A stretch of DNA of 63,635 nt, counting the filler, from Asterionella formosa (lineage: Eukaryota): NCBI GenBank assembly GCA_002256025.1. It is 5 parts of 5 records of this genome, joined end to end, with 100 filler letters (N's around TTAATTAATTAA, not from the genome) between each part and the next. Parts side by side here need not be neighbours in the genome. Positions count along the whole stretch, not along the records: positions 1 to 12,651 come from NKIB01007316.1; 4 more parts are not named here. The stretch is one strand, 5' to 3'. This document shows positions 1 through 12,651 of the stretch, in pieces; within the stretch, counting starts at the first letter, position 1, and each line of letters starts with the position of its first letter. Both the position numbers and the translations under genes were made by a program. The notes beneath the pieces were generated by a model, which made no database searches, was not told the DNA's origin, and saw nothing but the letters and a program-made list of their open reading frames with translations.

Positions 1-1180
1 TTTTCGCTCAGAGAGGCAACAGCCTTTGGAAGCAAGGCGCACTCCTCTCGATTCATGGGAAAAGGAATGCGATTGGTTCAGAAATCAACTGCTTCTAGCA
101 GCAAATCAACCACAACAACCATGTTTTTGGGATCCGATGGAGGAATTCTCGGAATTGGGGCTCCTGAAGTGGTGAGTTTGTGCATTTATGGATATGGAAA
201 ACTCCGCCGTGTGTTTGCTTGAGATGCTCTTTCGCATGTCATTGACGTCTCGGGATGAATGTGTGATGGAATATATTGGAAACAAGAACGACTCCGATCT
301 CTCTAACACAAATATACAAATCTACCGTATACTACAACAGGCCACCATCATTCTGGTCGGATACTTTATTCTGGGCCCCTCCGACTTGTACAAACTCACC
401 AAGGAGATTGGAAAGTTTATCCAAAATTTTCGTGCCCTAGGTGCCGAAGCCACGAAAACACTTGAAACCAACATGGAATCTCAATTGCAATTGGATGAGA
501 TCCGCAAGGCACAACGTGAACTAAATGATGCATTTAGCTTTCGGCGCACAATTAATGTTGATGATGAAGGTGAAGCTTTCTCCACCATTCCATCTGAAAC
601 GAGACCAGGGGCTGAACCCATTGTACAACCATCGACAGATGGAAAGAAGAAACGGAAAAAGGTGCGAAGGCGAAAAGTTGTAGTTGACGAGGAAGAAGAG
701 GAGGAAATTCCTCCTAGAGTGGATATGGAATCTGTGATGATGAACAGCGAACTTAGTATGGATGTTCCCGATTTGGACATGAGCGACGTTATGTCAACTG
801 ATGATGTCTTGCTTCGTCAAGAGCGAATGGAACGATTGAAAGGTGAAGCAAAGAAACCACTTTCATTTGAAGATTCATTCTCTGATCAAAGTATCCCGGA
901 TGAACTGGATCGCTTTTCTCAACAACTTAGTGGAGACTGGAATGCCCGAATTATGGCCAACGAAGCAAAGTTGGAACCATTGGCTCTTCTCATGGAACGA
1001 CTAGCAATATTGGAAGATGAGAAGAATGCGGCAGATGCTCGATTGGAGGAAGAATTTCGTCTCCGTGCTGAGTTGGAAGAAAAATATTACAAAAGCAAGC
1101 GCCAAATTTTAGAGGAAGCTGCAGCAAAAGTTCAGGAAGACGCATATGTGAATTTAAATGCAAGTGACCAAGCAGCTTGA
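1..1180 (+). CDS. Plastid twin-arginine translocase subunit TatB/Hcf106-like, 5'-partial; exons <1..171 and 341..1180
   Basis: Removing the GT-AG intron 172..340 gives GILGIGAPEV-ATIILVGYFILGPSDLYKLTKEIGKFIQNFR, the TatA/B transmembrane segment, GP hinge and amphipathic helix. The upstream frame has an ATAF motif and a Ser/Thr/Lys-rich transit-like stretch. Confidence 0.85.
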
Positions 1181-1543
1181 GGTAAGTATGAGGATGGTTG
1201 TTTATTTGGATTGCTAAAGCTAGTAGGTAATCGTTTCAGCGCTTTTTCCCCTTTTGTAGTCTTTTCTACCGGTCGTCAAGGCTACCGGTAGTCAAGTCTT
1301 ACCAATCACCACATGTGTTATGTGATTCGTGTTAACTATAGGCAATTTGTGGAATTGGAAGGAGACTGGTGGGGAGGAGTAAGTACCTGGTGAAGTACTC
1401 CCTCTGGGAGTACTAATAAAAATACGGTATCTAAAGTCATAAATCTCCAAGTAAATTGGTACTCTCTTGTACTCCCTGGTTACCTCGTGGAGTACCGGTA
1501 CCTGGCACTACTCCTTGTACTAGTGCTCGTCTACCAATACCTG

Positions 1544-1613
1544 GGAAGGTCCGAAAATCGAGATATTTAGCTTTTCCTTTTCCTAAGTATAAACGTGTTT
1601 TCCCGGACCTTCA
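1544..1613. mobile_element. MITE family B copy (70 bp)
   Basis: TIR GAAGGTCCG...CGGACCTTC, flanked by a CTG/CTG duplication; inverted homolog at 15698-15770. Confidence 0.7.
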
Positions 1614-1721
1614 CTGTGGAGTCGAGTGCATGCATGGTACCAGGTACCAGGTACGAGGTTCCTGGTTAACAACAATTGAGTCAGGTATACTACTGTTAGT
1701 CTACTGGGACAGATACTTGTA

Positions 1722-2148
1722 TGTTAAAGTATTACCTTTTGATAGATCTCTATTGTTAGACAAAAAAGACTATAGATAGAGACGTTGGTTTCTCTTTCCG
1801 TTTCTATATTCTTATTGTGAGTTTACTAATCTAGTTTTAGGTTGTTCTGTTTGAACAAACAAACGAACTATTCTCCAAATGCTGTTTGCATTTCCAGAAA
1901 CATACAATCATCGATAGACCCATGTCTATCTCACACTTACTGATCATAGGTTTTTAACCATGATCATTCATTTTCAAACTATCGGTCTTCCAAAATTGCT
2001 TGTATCGTCCGGCTCATTATAGGCAGAGTACCAATGTATAATGTGTGGTTGATGAGAGCTTGGTACATCAAAGTTGACTCATTCGAATCGTTTGACTCGT
2101 TTGACTGCGAGTCCTAACTATCGGTACGTAGATGAGCTCACTTTAACA
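1722..2148. mobile_element. Solo LTR (family A)
   Basis: Starts TGTTAAAGT and ends ACTTTAACA; perfect 6-bp flanking duplication CTTGTA; diverged inverted copy at 54391-54737. Confidence 0.8.
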
Positions 2149-2567
2149 CTTGTATACTTGAATGAACATGCCACACATGAGCGATTCCTCTAATGAAAAA
2201 TACCTACCGGTATTACCTGTCGGGCGCCACTCGTTCGGTGAACCTACTCGCGCCTCCCAAGCCTCAAAAGTACTGGTACCAGGTACCAGGTACCTTGTTC
2301 TGTACCGGTGTGTAAGTTCTGTATCTGGCGTTATGAAAGATTCGTCGCTACCGGTATGTTTGAGTGTGTTGTTCGGACTATGGATTTTTGCAACAAATAC
2401 GACTGCCCATGAAAATACATACCAGCATCCAAAGCTATACTAGGCGAATTACAACTATTTTTATCAATTCCATTAGTACGAAGTGCCAGACATTTGGATA
2501 ACTCTTATCAGTATTTTATTTATAAATGTATACTGTATAATTTTGTTCATCTAAGTATTCAAGAAAG

Positions 2568-2577
2568 ATGACGTCAT
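2568..2577. promoter_or_regulatory. Perfect CRE-type palindrome ATGACGTCAT, about 1 kb upstream of the MYB-ANK-HDAC gene
   Basis: Exact bZIP CRE palindrome; function not demonstrated. Confidence 0.3.
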
Positions 2578-3567
2578 TCAAACACGATATATTCTCTTCG
2601 GTTGATGGGAGGATCTACTGTATTTTGTGTTGGCTTACCTGTACGTGCCATCGCATTGCAAGACAGAAGCAAGTCTTTCTTTCGTCGTTGGGTGTGTCAT
2701 TGAAAGGTATGTAGACCGAGTCCCTCTGAATTAGATTTCTTTGAGGCCCCATTCACCATGGTGTGCGTCGAGGGCATGACGAAAGAAGTGCTGCTAGCAA
2801 GCAAACGAAGAAGGAAACCAACGTCCGATTCTGATTTGATGTTTCGCAGTGAAATTTGTTCTTTGCCTAGCAGTGTCCTACGTAGCGCTCCGTAGTATCT
2901 TTAGCGAGAGGGAGTGTCATCAGTGTTTCGCAGTCATTTCCCGGGTATATCTTCACCATCACCGACCGCATCATGCTGTGAATTAAATATTCTACGGCAT
3001 ACGAGAATCCGAAAATCTGAACAAGCGGAACAATCTTCCTTTGAACTACCGCAGCCTCGATCGTTTGTGACCGACTTTCTTGTTCATGCTTCCACTCGCT
3101 TGCGCTGCTTAGAATCAAACGAAGTAAGCACGCACTCGTATGTGATTGTTGCACATCACAATCGTGTAGATGTGGCAGTGCGACGCTTCGATCCAGAATT
3201 GAATCAATGCAATATTGGTTTCGCGGATCCTGCTTCTGGACTCGTTTTGTGTCTGCGGTCCTTCCTTCTTGTAGCCTTGGGACTTATTTCATTNNNNNNN
3301 NNNNNNNNNNNNNNNNNNNNNNNNNNNNNNNNNNNNNNNNNNNNNNNNNNNNNNNNNNNNNNNNNNNNNNNNNNNNNNNNNNNNNNNNNNNNNNNNNNNN
3401 NNNNNNNNNNNNNNNNNNNNNNNNNNNNNNNNNNNNNNNNNNNNNNNNNNNNNNNNNNNNNNNNNNNNNNNNNNNNNNNNNNNNNNNNNNNNNNNNNNNN
3501 NNNNNNNNNNNNNNNNNNNNNNNNNNNNNNNACCGAGCCAAACGTTTCCTGCGTCGTCAAGAACAAC

Positions 3568-6500
3568 ATGAGCACACACGCGCGCACCATGTCGGACGAC
3601 TCGTTGGATCAACTGTCACCAGACGACGGACATGGTCGATTTCTCGACTTGACGGATGGAGCAGGAAATGCCTTTGCCTATTACGACGACGAAGACGACG
3701 ATGGAGAAGGCGAACCGGGATCTCCGGAACAAATTGGCAGAACAGCAGTAGGCACGAATGTTGTCGAGACTGGCCTCGAACACACGGGTCGATGGACCAG
3801 AGAAGAGCATGACGCCTTCTTGTCGGGTCTGAAGCAATACGGAAAGGAATGGAAGAAGGTGGCTGCCAAGGTCAAGACAAGAACTGTCGTGCAGACTCGC
3901 ACACATGCTCAAAAGTATTTTCAAAAGCTGCAAAAAGCGGTTTCAGATAAGGGAGGAGGAGACGCTGGGGTACTGGTGGACATTGAAAGTTTGACGGAAT
4001 CAAAAAAAGTGAGGCGAAAAAAACCTAGTACTACGAAGCAACGATCGCAGAGTACAACAGCAGCAGCACAGCTCATGGCGAATTTGAGTTCCAGTATTCC
4101 CGGAATTTCAACTCAAACCTCAAATGCATATCCAACTCCGCATGGCTTTTCCCAGTCTAGTCTAGCTGCTGCTGCTACTGCTGCTGATTCACTGTTGGGA
4201 TCGTACACTGCACCATTTCCCTTCCGTCCGGTCATGACTATTGTTGCGCCCAACCCTGAGACTTCCATGCGCAGAGGCTTTCCGGAACCGTCTCCTGCTG
4301 CTTGTGGGAAGCGCAAACTGGCCGAGCTTGCCGCAGCACAAATGTTGGCCGGTGTGGCGAATTCATCATCAGTCACTGCTGTAGGGGCAGATGGGGCGGC
4401 AACGCCTCCTCCAATGGATTATGTACCTCAGGAAATGAATTTTAGGCCAATGATGAATTTACAAATTGTTAACCCAGAAACATTGGGAATAACCTTTCAG
4501 CAGAGGAGAACTAGGGCTGATATATCCCCCACGACTCCATGGGATGGGCAGTTGGAAGCGTTGGTTAGGTATGAAAGGGAATGCATTTGTTTTGCTGCAT
4601 TTCGGTTACGTCGCTAACTTGTAATCGTCAATACTTTGCAGTGAACACAAGCGGGAAATGGATGCTACCATGATGCCTCCGGCTCCAAACATTTTTATCG
4701 ATACTTGTCTAAAAGCTCCAGATCTTAATGGTCATGCCGTCGACGAAGAAAGTCCTCCGCATCCCGTTTGTGGACCCGGAAATTCGTACAATCGATCCTC
4801 CCTTCACAAAGCCGTTTGCGAAGTGGATCTAGGAGCGGTTCAACGAGAACTTTCCGATAGTATCAGAGCATCCGCACTTCATCGACGTGATGATGCTGGT
4901 TTTCTACCCATTCACTCTGCATGTGCTCTCTGTATGGTGGATTCAAACAATGCAGCCGCCTCAACAAAAATTACTCATTTTCTCATTAGTGTGGGGGGAG
5001 ACTGCTCGGCCCTGGACGGAAACCGTAATACACCGCTTCATTGGGCAGCGCGTGCAGGTAATGACGAAGTTGCCCAATTATTGATGATGCGGAATTGCCC
5101 CCCAAATGCCCAAAATGATGATGGAGATACTGCGTTGCATTGGGCCATGCGCGCTGGTCGAAAAGGAATGACTGTTGTCAAGGTGTTGCTGGAGAATGGC
5201 GCTCGGGCTTCATTGTTTAATAACGAATTTCGACGTCCACTCGATTCGGGCTGTGAACCATTCATTGACGTGAAGAAGGCTGACGGTGACCCCAAAAAGA
5301 TTAAAAAAGTCAAGCCAGACAGTAAGAAGCGCAAAACAGAGCTGCTGCAAGAAATCCGCGAAGTTCGAGGTAATCTCCTTGTGCTGTCTGCGCAATCAAG
5401 AACGTTAGTATTGCATCACCAAGAATGTCTGGAACATATTCCCAAGTCAGAAATGGATTGGGAGGTTCCTGATCGCGTCAACGCCATTATGAATCGCCTC
5501 ATTCCAAAAATTGGATCATCGGAGACAACTGGTGTCTTTCCACACGAGGTATCAATATCGTCGGATTTTGCTCGAGCGAAGATTGACCTGCTGAGTAGGG
5601 TGCACAGTGCGGAATACTTGTCGTTTGTTAATGATCTTAGCAAAGAGTTGACTAGAAGGAAAGATGAAAATAATGGACTTGACGACTCTACAGCAAGCGC
5701 TCCGGTCGTGCCATTTACACCAATGGTAAGCAGTTCTTTTGTTGCTTGGTTTCTGTCCCTCGCCATTATCTAACTCTTGCTATTTCAGGTCCAAAAGACA
5801 ATGATGAAAACCGATGCAGGAGGCATTAAGAAAGAATCGCATTCCGATACATCGTTCAGTGCTGGATCTCTTCGAGCCGCTCGGCGAGCAGCTGGTGCCG
5901 TCCAGCATGCTGTGGATTGTGTTCTTGTTGGGCGTCATCGCAATGCCTTTTGTGTTGTTAGACCTCCTGGCCATCACGCGGGTATCAAAGGATTGCTAGC
6001 TGGGGGCGAATCATGCGGGTTTTGCATTTTCAATAATGTCGCAGCTGGAGCGTTGCACGCAATATCCGATGAACGCTTGATGTGCCAGCGGTGTGCTATC
6101 GTGGACATTGATGTTCATCACGGAAACGGCACGGAAGAAATTGTGAAACATTTTCATGATCCTGGAAAGCTGTTCTTTTTCTCCATCCACTTATATGATA
6201 CCGATAAGCGTAAAGCAGGATATTCTTTCTATCCTGGTACGGGAGACGAAGATTGTCTAGCACACAATATCATCAATGTGCCTATTGCTCCCATTTGGAG
6301 GGAAGCTGCGCAGCCAGCACCTGTTTCGGGAAACACCGTCCAGCCAAACACTCACAATACACGAAATAAGGCAAAAAATAAGTCTGCCTCTACTGCTTCT
6401 TCAACCGCATCCACGCCAAGGGAAGGGTCTTTGGATGGAGACGAATCACCTGACGGAATTGCTTGTTTGCCGTTAGACCCAATGCTTGAGAGCGATACTG

Positions 6501-6979
6501 CAAGCGACAGTGCGTCAGCTAGGGAATCCTCTTCCATTAGGTCCCAGACAACTCGACCCAGCTCGCCGCGATATAATTCGGCCGGTCGATATGCCTACCG
6601 GAAGGCAGTCCAGAATCGTCTCCTTCCAGCATTGCGGGCATTCAATCCAGATTTGATTCTAATAAGTGCTGGATTTGATGCTGCCAAGGGCGATGTTGGA
6701 AATGCTAGACATTTTGCCGGTGGCAAAGAGAAGATGGGGTTGGATCTCGAACCTGAGGACTATGCATGGACCACTCGAAAGATTATGGAGATAGCCGATA
6801 TTTGCTGTCAAGGGCGCGTTGTGTCAGTACTTGAGGGGGGATACGGACGCAGTCCCATACAAACGGCAAATGTCAACCAGCTACAGAGTCTGGATAAAGC
6901 CTTCTTTTCTGAATGTGCCATCAGGCACCTTCACGGAATGATTGACCCTTATGATTTGGAGTCTCGCTTTCCATGTTAG
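3568..6979 (+). CDS. MYB (SHAQKYF-class) - ankyrin repeat - class II histone deacetylase fusion; exons 3568..4568, 4642..5725, 5789..6979
   Basis: MYB motif GRWTREEH...RTHAQKYF; ankyrin motifs NTPLHWAA and GDTALHWA; HDAC motifs RPPGHHA, GFCIFNNVA, DIDVHHGNGT, SAGFDA, LEGGY. Introns 4569..4641 and 5726..5788 are GT-AG and keep the frame. The start codon is tentative because an N gap lies just upstream. Confidence 0.85.
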
Positions 6980-8419
6980 CTTCGTCGCAATAGCTACACT
7001 TCATGCAGACAACAATGTTGCGCGGGGATGAGGTATAGGGGTTGAATGAGGTACAACTTCCAATTCCTCAACTATATTATGCAACTGTTATGCAAGAAAA
7101 AATATGTTGATATGTGTGTATAAACACCTAGTCAATACTACTCTTCATGAACCTTTAAAGTGCAAGGATGGCAGAATTGACAGCAGTAAGCCTACAAAGA
7201 AAGGGCAGTGAATTCTCAAGTTCAGTTTTTCTTAGCTCCAAATATAAAATGATGATGATATGGTTCTCCAAATCTATGATGAGTAATATGTGCAACAGCT
7301 ACACATGTTGTTGTACCCCCTCCTGTTGATGTAGAACTACTTTTACTTTAAACTCTATATAGCAAGTGTGTGTGTGCTAGACTACTTTANNNNNNNNNNN
7401 NNNNNNNNNNNNNNNNNNNNNNNNNNNNNNNNNNNNNNNNNNNNNNNNNNNNNNNNNNNNNNNNNNNNNNNNNNNNNNNNNNNNNNNNNNNNNNNNNNNN
7501 NNNNNNNNNNNNNNNNNNNNNNNNNNNNNNNNNNNNNNNNNNNNNNNNNNNNNNNNNNNNNNNNNNNNNNNNNNNNNNNNNNNNNNNNNNNNNNNNNNNN
7601 NNNNNNNNNNNNNNNNNNNNNNNNNNNNNNNNNNNNNNNNNNNNNNNNNNNNNNNNNNNNNNNNNNNNNNNNNNNNNNNNNNNNNNNNNNNNNNNNNNNN
7701 NNNNNNNNNNNNNNNNNNNNNNNNNNNNNNNNNNNNNNNNNNNNNNNNNNNNNNNNNNNNNNNNNNNNNNNNNNNNNNNNNNNNNNNNNNNNNNNNNNNN
7801 NNNNNNNNNNNNNNNNNNNNNNNNNNNNNNNNNNNNNNNNNNNNNNNNNNNNNNNNNNNNNNNNNNNNTAGGGTTATGGTTAATTGGTCACAAGGCTGTC
7901 GTACCGGTATTACCCGGGGTTTCTGGAATTTGCATCAAGCCACCGGTTTCGATACCTACCTGATGCTGTCCTACGTCATTTACCCAATGACATCAAGGAA
8001 CAAATTGATAACCATCGTGTTCTTGGTTTATGAATAGCAAGTTCAACGAAAAGTACATCTGGTCATTCGTTAACGTATGATGACGTTTATGGAAGGATTC
8101 TCACTCGCCGGGTTTCTTTCCTGTTGAGTGTCCACAATTTCTATTTCTGGAGGGATGGTTGGCTACAAAAATGAGAAGGCGACGTTGCTTCAATGTCAAT
8201 CGACGCACGAAACATCAAGCTTCCTATACTTCTTTGTACAGCAGTACCGAGAAGTCATGTATGAACCGTATACAGAAATAAAATGTTGCACGAAGTAAGA
8301 GTAACCACGCAACATTACGTAGTACCGGTATTCTAATACGCATGATTGCAACAAAAACCATTGCCAAGTACGATCGCATTTATTTTATATAAAAGTGAAA
8401 ACAACGCCTCTGTCCCCCC

Positions 8420-9520
8420 ATGATCACTTCGAACACAGCACCGCCCCCCACGATAACAGCCGAAGCAGCAATGGCCGCAGCCATAGTTGCCGCAGCAGAG
8501 CTGGCTTCGCAAGGAGGTCTGTCACTGTTCGCGTCCAAAGCCACGCGGCCAACGAATTGGCCATTAGGCGACAGCAAGGACCATTGCTCCGTGACTTCAG
8601 ACAGCGAAAAGGCAGACAACGACGACAGTGAAGGCGAAGAAGACGCCGAGAAGCGCTTGTCTCGGTCTCGGGAGCGCAATCGTGAGCATGCCCGTCGCAC
8701 GCGACTGCGAAAGAAAGCTCAACTCGACGCCCTGCAGCAGAAAGTGAACGTCCTAGAAGCTGAAGCGCGCGTCCTCAAGCAGAGCATCGAGGAATGCAGC
8801 ATTGCGAGCATTTTAGTTGGCTTGTCGACGAACAGCTACCAACAAGCAGTCGTTGAGTGTCTCCTGGACTCGTCGGAAACGAAGAAAATCTCGACCAAAG
8901 CGCTCTCTGGAAAGCGCAAGCGATTTGTTTCAGAGGACGTTGTGGAACGCGTTCCGAAGCCTTTGAAACTGGTCATTGACGGCGAGGTTACCTTTATTGG
9001 AGGTGGCAAGACGCATGTCAACTGGAAGTCGGGAGCCTACTGCGACGATGCAGGAGTACAACGTCAGTTGACACAAGATCAGCTCGAAAGTCTCAGGTAT
9101 GTGCATAATACATTTTGCGTTGATCGTTGATTGCTTCGTATAATGTTGGAGTCTTCAACCCGGGACTCAAAATACAACAGAGCCCCGCCACTATCTACTT
9201 TATTCCTTATTATCGAATTGAATTGATGTTCGCTCACTTTCATACGTTTCGTTAGACGAGAACGCAACAGGATGCACGCGAAAATGACCCGAGACCGGAA
9301 GAAGTGCTTCATTGCCGCTGTCGAAACGACCATTGAAGTGCTCGAGAGGGACAATCAGCGTATGCGCGCCGCTCTCGCCAAGGTGGCAGACTACAACTTT
9401 AGTGGTCCGGCGGTCACACCGAACCCTTCGCCAATCCTTGGTGCTGCTGTCCCACCAACGCCAGAATCGTCCTTCTGTGGGGACCGAGTGACCCATGGGT
9501 TTTCGCTGTCTGTTCTTTAA
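8420..9520 (+). CDS. bZIP transcription factor with two bZIP domains; exons 8420..9096 and 9256..9520
   Basis: RSRERNREHARRTRLRKK plus a leucine zipper; after the phase-2 intron 9097..9255, a second RRERNRMHAKMTRDRKK plus heptads. Confidence 0.85.
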
Positions 9521-10164
9521 TAGGGAACCCTCCATGACCGGGATACAGTCACCCAACCAACCAACTAATCACCCACACCCTGTCATGTTGCAATCATCTA
9601 TCACGCACATACTTTAAGGGACAGATTTGCTTGTGCATTTATCTATAATAGAAGCACTCTCAGATCAATCTCTCAAAAGTCACACCAGCACGCAACCACG
9701 CACACGCACGCACACAGTTCAAGCAGCGCAAGTTGCTACAACTTTACTAGCATATCAAAAGCACACACAAGATCAGGAACCGACATTTTGGTGATTACTC
9801 TTACAAGGCACAAACAAACGTTTGAGCAACCAACAAGTATGAAATGATTCCAGAAATGGCCGCTAGAAAATGACACCCGAGTATTGACGCCGTCGCAAAA
9901 CTTTCTCCCCCAGCACCTCCTTGTGAAATTCCGATTGGGAATGAAACACTTTTTTCTAAAAACTCCTGTGTTCGTCTTATGTTTTGGCCATTTGTCATTT
10001 TTCCTGTGTTGCGTATGTCAATATGTCGTGTTTACTGTCAACCAAGCCGTTACTACTACCACACAAAATCATAATCTAAGTGCTATTACCATTCTCCTTG
10101 TAGGCTCCATGTATTGGTGACATATTGTCTAGCTCGATAAGAAACATCCCTAACAATGAGTTCT

Positions 10165-12651
10165 TTAATTCGCAACTCGATGCCAGGCAATGTCAAACCA
10201 GTCAAGAGAACTTTTCGCTTCCACTATAGATACTTGCAAGCCCGTCTTTGCGACGGTGCAAACATGCCAAGTAAAGTCTTTAACCTCGGGATCCAATCCG
10301 TCCTGAACAGCGTTACGGACGTCATCTATAGTTTTTCCTTCCTTGGTTAGCATTACCATAAAGCCACCACCCCCGGCACCACAAAGGGATCCAGCAGAAA
10401 TAATATCCTTGGTTAAAAGATGATTGAGAATGTTCCGGACAACCGTAGGTTCTACGCCGCTATCGGCTCCAGCCATGATTTTCTTTTGGTGCCAATATTC
10501 ATTGAGGCAATCGGCGACCACGTCAATATTCCCTTGTTCCAGTGCCTTGGACACTCGATTAGCTTCACTGACAAGTCCCTGGACTGTTTCCACTATTTCA
10601 AGGGTTCGACGAGCCCATCGACGGAGTACATTCTGGAGAATATTCTTGGCCAATCTTGTATGACCTGTAAATACCAACACCAATCGACTATTCAGTGCAT
10701 CGATTGTTGAGTCGCTCACTTTGAGTCTCTTTATGTTGGTTGACAGTGGAAATTCGTTGGCCTTGGAAGTTCCTAACTTGAAACCACCCACAAGGCCTCC
10801 AATCTGATCTTGCCAACCGCCTCCAGTTGTTAAAAACTGTTCCAACATTAAAACGATTTGCGTCAGGCGATTGTCGTCATCGCTACCAATATCAAATCCG
10901 ATGCACTTGGCGATTGCGGCAAGAATACAGCCACCGAGAATTGAACTTGTTCCCATCCCTGAACCGCGAGGAAGGAGAGATGTTGAAATGATCTCCAAGC
11001 CAACATTCTCACTGACGCCGCAGAAAGAGTTGATAAATGGTTGCAGACTATCTGTTGATCTCGAGTAAAGTGAGTCCATCATAGGCACCAAACGAAAATA
11101 TACGAGTGCGCATTTGATCAACGCTGCCTGCGCGAGAGGATCTCTAAAGTCAGAAATGTCTGCAATCGTTCTTAGATGAGTCTCAATTTCTGATTCCAAC
11201 ACACCATCTATCCTATTTCGTGATTCAGTCCGAAGGAGAATTCCTTCTCCACCCATAACAATTCTACACCTGCAAGAAACTGGGTAACATCCATCAATGG
11301 TTACAGCGACTCCGCAAACTGCTCCACCATATTCGTAGCAAACAGGAGGGGTATCGCTCCAACCACCAGATAGATCAATTCTTGCTGGTGCAGTGGCAAG
11401 GACCCATTTGTCAATTATGCTTGGTTCTTTGTTAGGACCACAAGGATCGAATGTCGCCGTTCCACATATGCACAACTCTGTCAAGGCTGATGCAGCCAGT
11501 TCCATTGCAACTGAACAAGAGAGATAAGCCTCAGACGTTAGTTCCACCGAACATCTATCAAGATGACTATTCCGGAGAGAAATCAACTTCAAGCATGCAA
11601 ACTTCCGCTCTTCATCACTGACTGTTGAGGAACTCAATTCATGGTAGTCAAAATCGATTTGCACAATTTCCATTTCCTCCACATACGGAAAACTTGCAAC
11701 AGCAAGACTCTCCAACATGGCACTAGCGACCATGAACGAACGACTTGCGACATCGTGATCTTTCTTTTCCATGGCCAGTGCAATTACCTCATCAAGAATT
11801 TTCATTGATGATGTCACGCCAACAGTATCCCTTGTCCACGCAAACTGGTCAACAATGAAATCCAAGTCACTTTCCGCATTTTGACGTTCAAGGAGATTAG
11901 TCTTGATTCGATTAAAATTTTCGTTAATTGCTTCGGGAACCCTGGTTTCTTCCAAGTGACTTCGATAAGTCCACTCTTGTTTGGCATCGACAGCATTCCG
12001 AATTTTGTTAAGTGGCAATCGGCTAGAAGCCAACCAACTTTGAAAACTAGCCTGTCCAGATGCAGACAAAGATGCTGCAGATCCGGGTGTAAAAGTCTTT
12101 ACTTCGGTGATCCAAGCAAAGTACAGGTCGTGCTGGAGATTCATAACGTTGTTGTCTTTTTCACCTCCGGCTATATCAGAAATGACTGGATGTAGATGTG
12201 CAGTCCAAAGGACTCGTTTGTGTTCTCCGTCTGCCCAAAGATCACGTTCGCACAGTCCCGTCCATTTCATCAAGTCATTCAAATCCACACCATAATACAT
12301 TGTTCCTGATTTGATATCATCGTTCAATCCAAAATACATGTACACATGACCATTGACATATCCATTTTCAGGCAGCATTTGGAAGCACATGTTGTCTGGG
12401 ATCATCAATTGCATGGCCGTTCCTCGGATTCCACTAATCAAGCAACCATTACCAATTGAAAGTGTATCAACATCCAAGTCACAATGTTCCACGACAGTAT
12501 GTGTTCCAATGGTACATGTATTTGTAGAACGTATGACACAATTGACCATGACTGTCGATGTGGCCACACATTTGCTAGGAACGCAAACGGATTTCAGTCG
12601 TTTCATCAACCCAACCTCCTGGCCAAAGGCATGACATCGTTTTTCATTTAT
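10165..12651 (-). CDS. L-fucokinase (GHMP kinase), probably the bifunctional fucokinase/GDP-fucose pyrophosphorylase type; 5'-partial
   Basis: APARIDLSGGWSDTPP, LPRGSGMGTSSIL, LEQFLTTGGGWQDQ, GAGGGGF; the frame is open to the scaffold end at 12651. Confidence 0.9.
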   Translation of the reverse strand: MNEKRCHAFGQEVGLMKRLKSVCVPSKCVATSTVMVNCVIRSTNTCTIGTHTVVEHCDLDVDTLSIGNGCLISGIRGTAMQLMIPDNMCFQMLPENGYVNGHVYMYFGLNDDIKSGTMYYGVDLNDLMKWTGLCERDLWADGEHKRVLWTAHLHPVISDIAGGEKDNNVMNLQHDLYFAWITEVKTFTPGSAASLSASGQASFQSWLASSRLPLNKIRNAVDAKQEWTYRSHLEETRVPEAINENFNRIKTNLLERQNAESDLDFIVDQFAWTRDTVGVTSSMKILDEVIALAMEKKDHDVASRSFMVASAMLESLAVASFPYVEEMEIVQIDFDYHELSSSTVSDEERKFACLKLISLRNSHLDRCSVELTSEAYLSCSVAMELAASALTELCICGTATFDPCGPNKEPSIIDKWVLATAPARIDLSGGWSDTPPVCYEYGGAVCGVAVTIDGCYPVSCRCRIVMGGEGILLRTESRNRIDGVLESEIETHLRTIADISDFRDPLAQAALIKCALVYFRLVPMMDSLYSRSTDSLQPFINSFCGVSENVGLEIISTSLLPRGSGMGTSSILGGCILAAIAKCIGFDIGSDDDNRLTQIVLMLEQFLTTGGGWQDQIGGLVGGFKLGTSKANEFPLSTNIKRLKVSDSTIDALNSRLVLVFTGHTRLAKNILQNVLRRWARRTLEIVETVQGLVSEANRVSKALEQGNIDVVADCLNEYWHQKKIMAGADSGVEPTVVRNILNHLLTKDIISAGSLCGAGGGGFMVMLTKEGKTIDDVRNAVQDGLDPEVKDFTWHVCTVAKTGLQVSIVEAKSSLDWFDIAWHRVAN

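Noticed and set aside
2914..3567. N-terminal extension of the MYB ORF and other ORFs that run through N gaps (7368-7963, 29555-30524, 33225-33881)
   Set aside because: Their length comes from untranslatable Ns.
7250..7290. C/D snoRNA suggested by two ATGATGA boxes
   Set aside because: No matching D box or terminal stem found.
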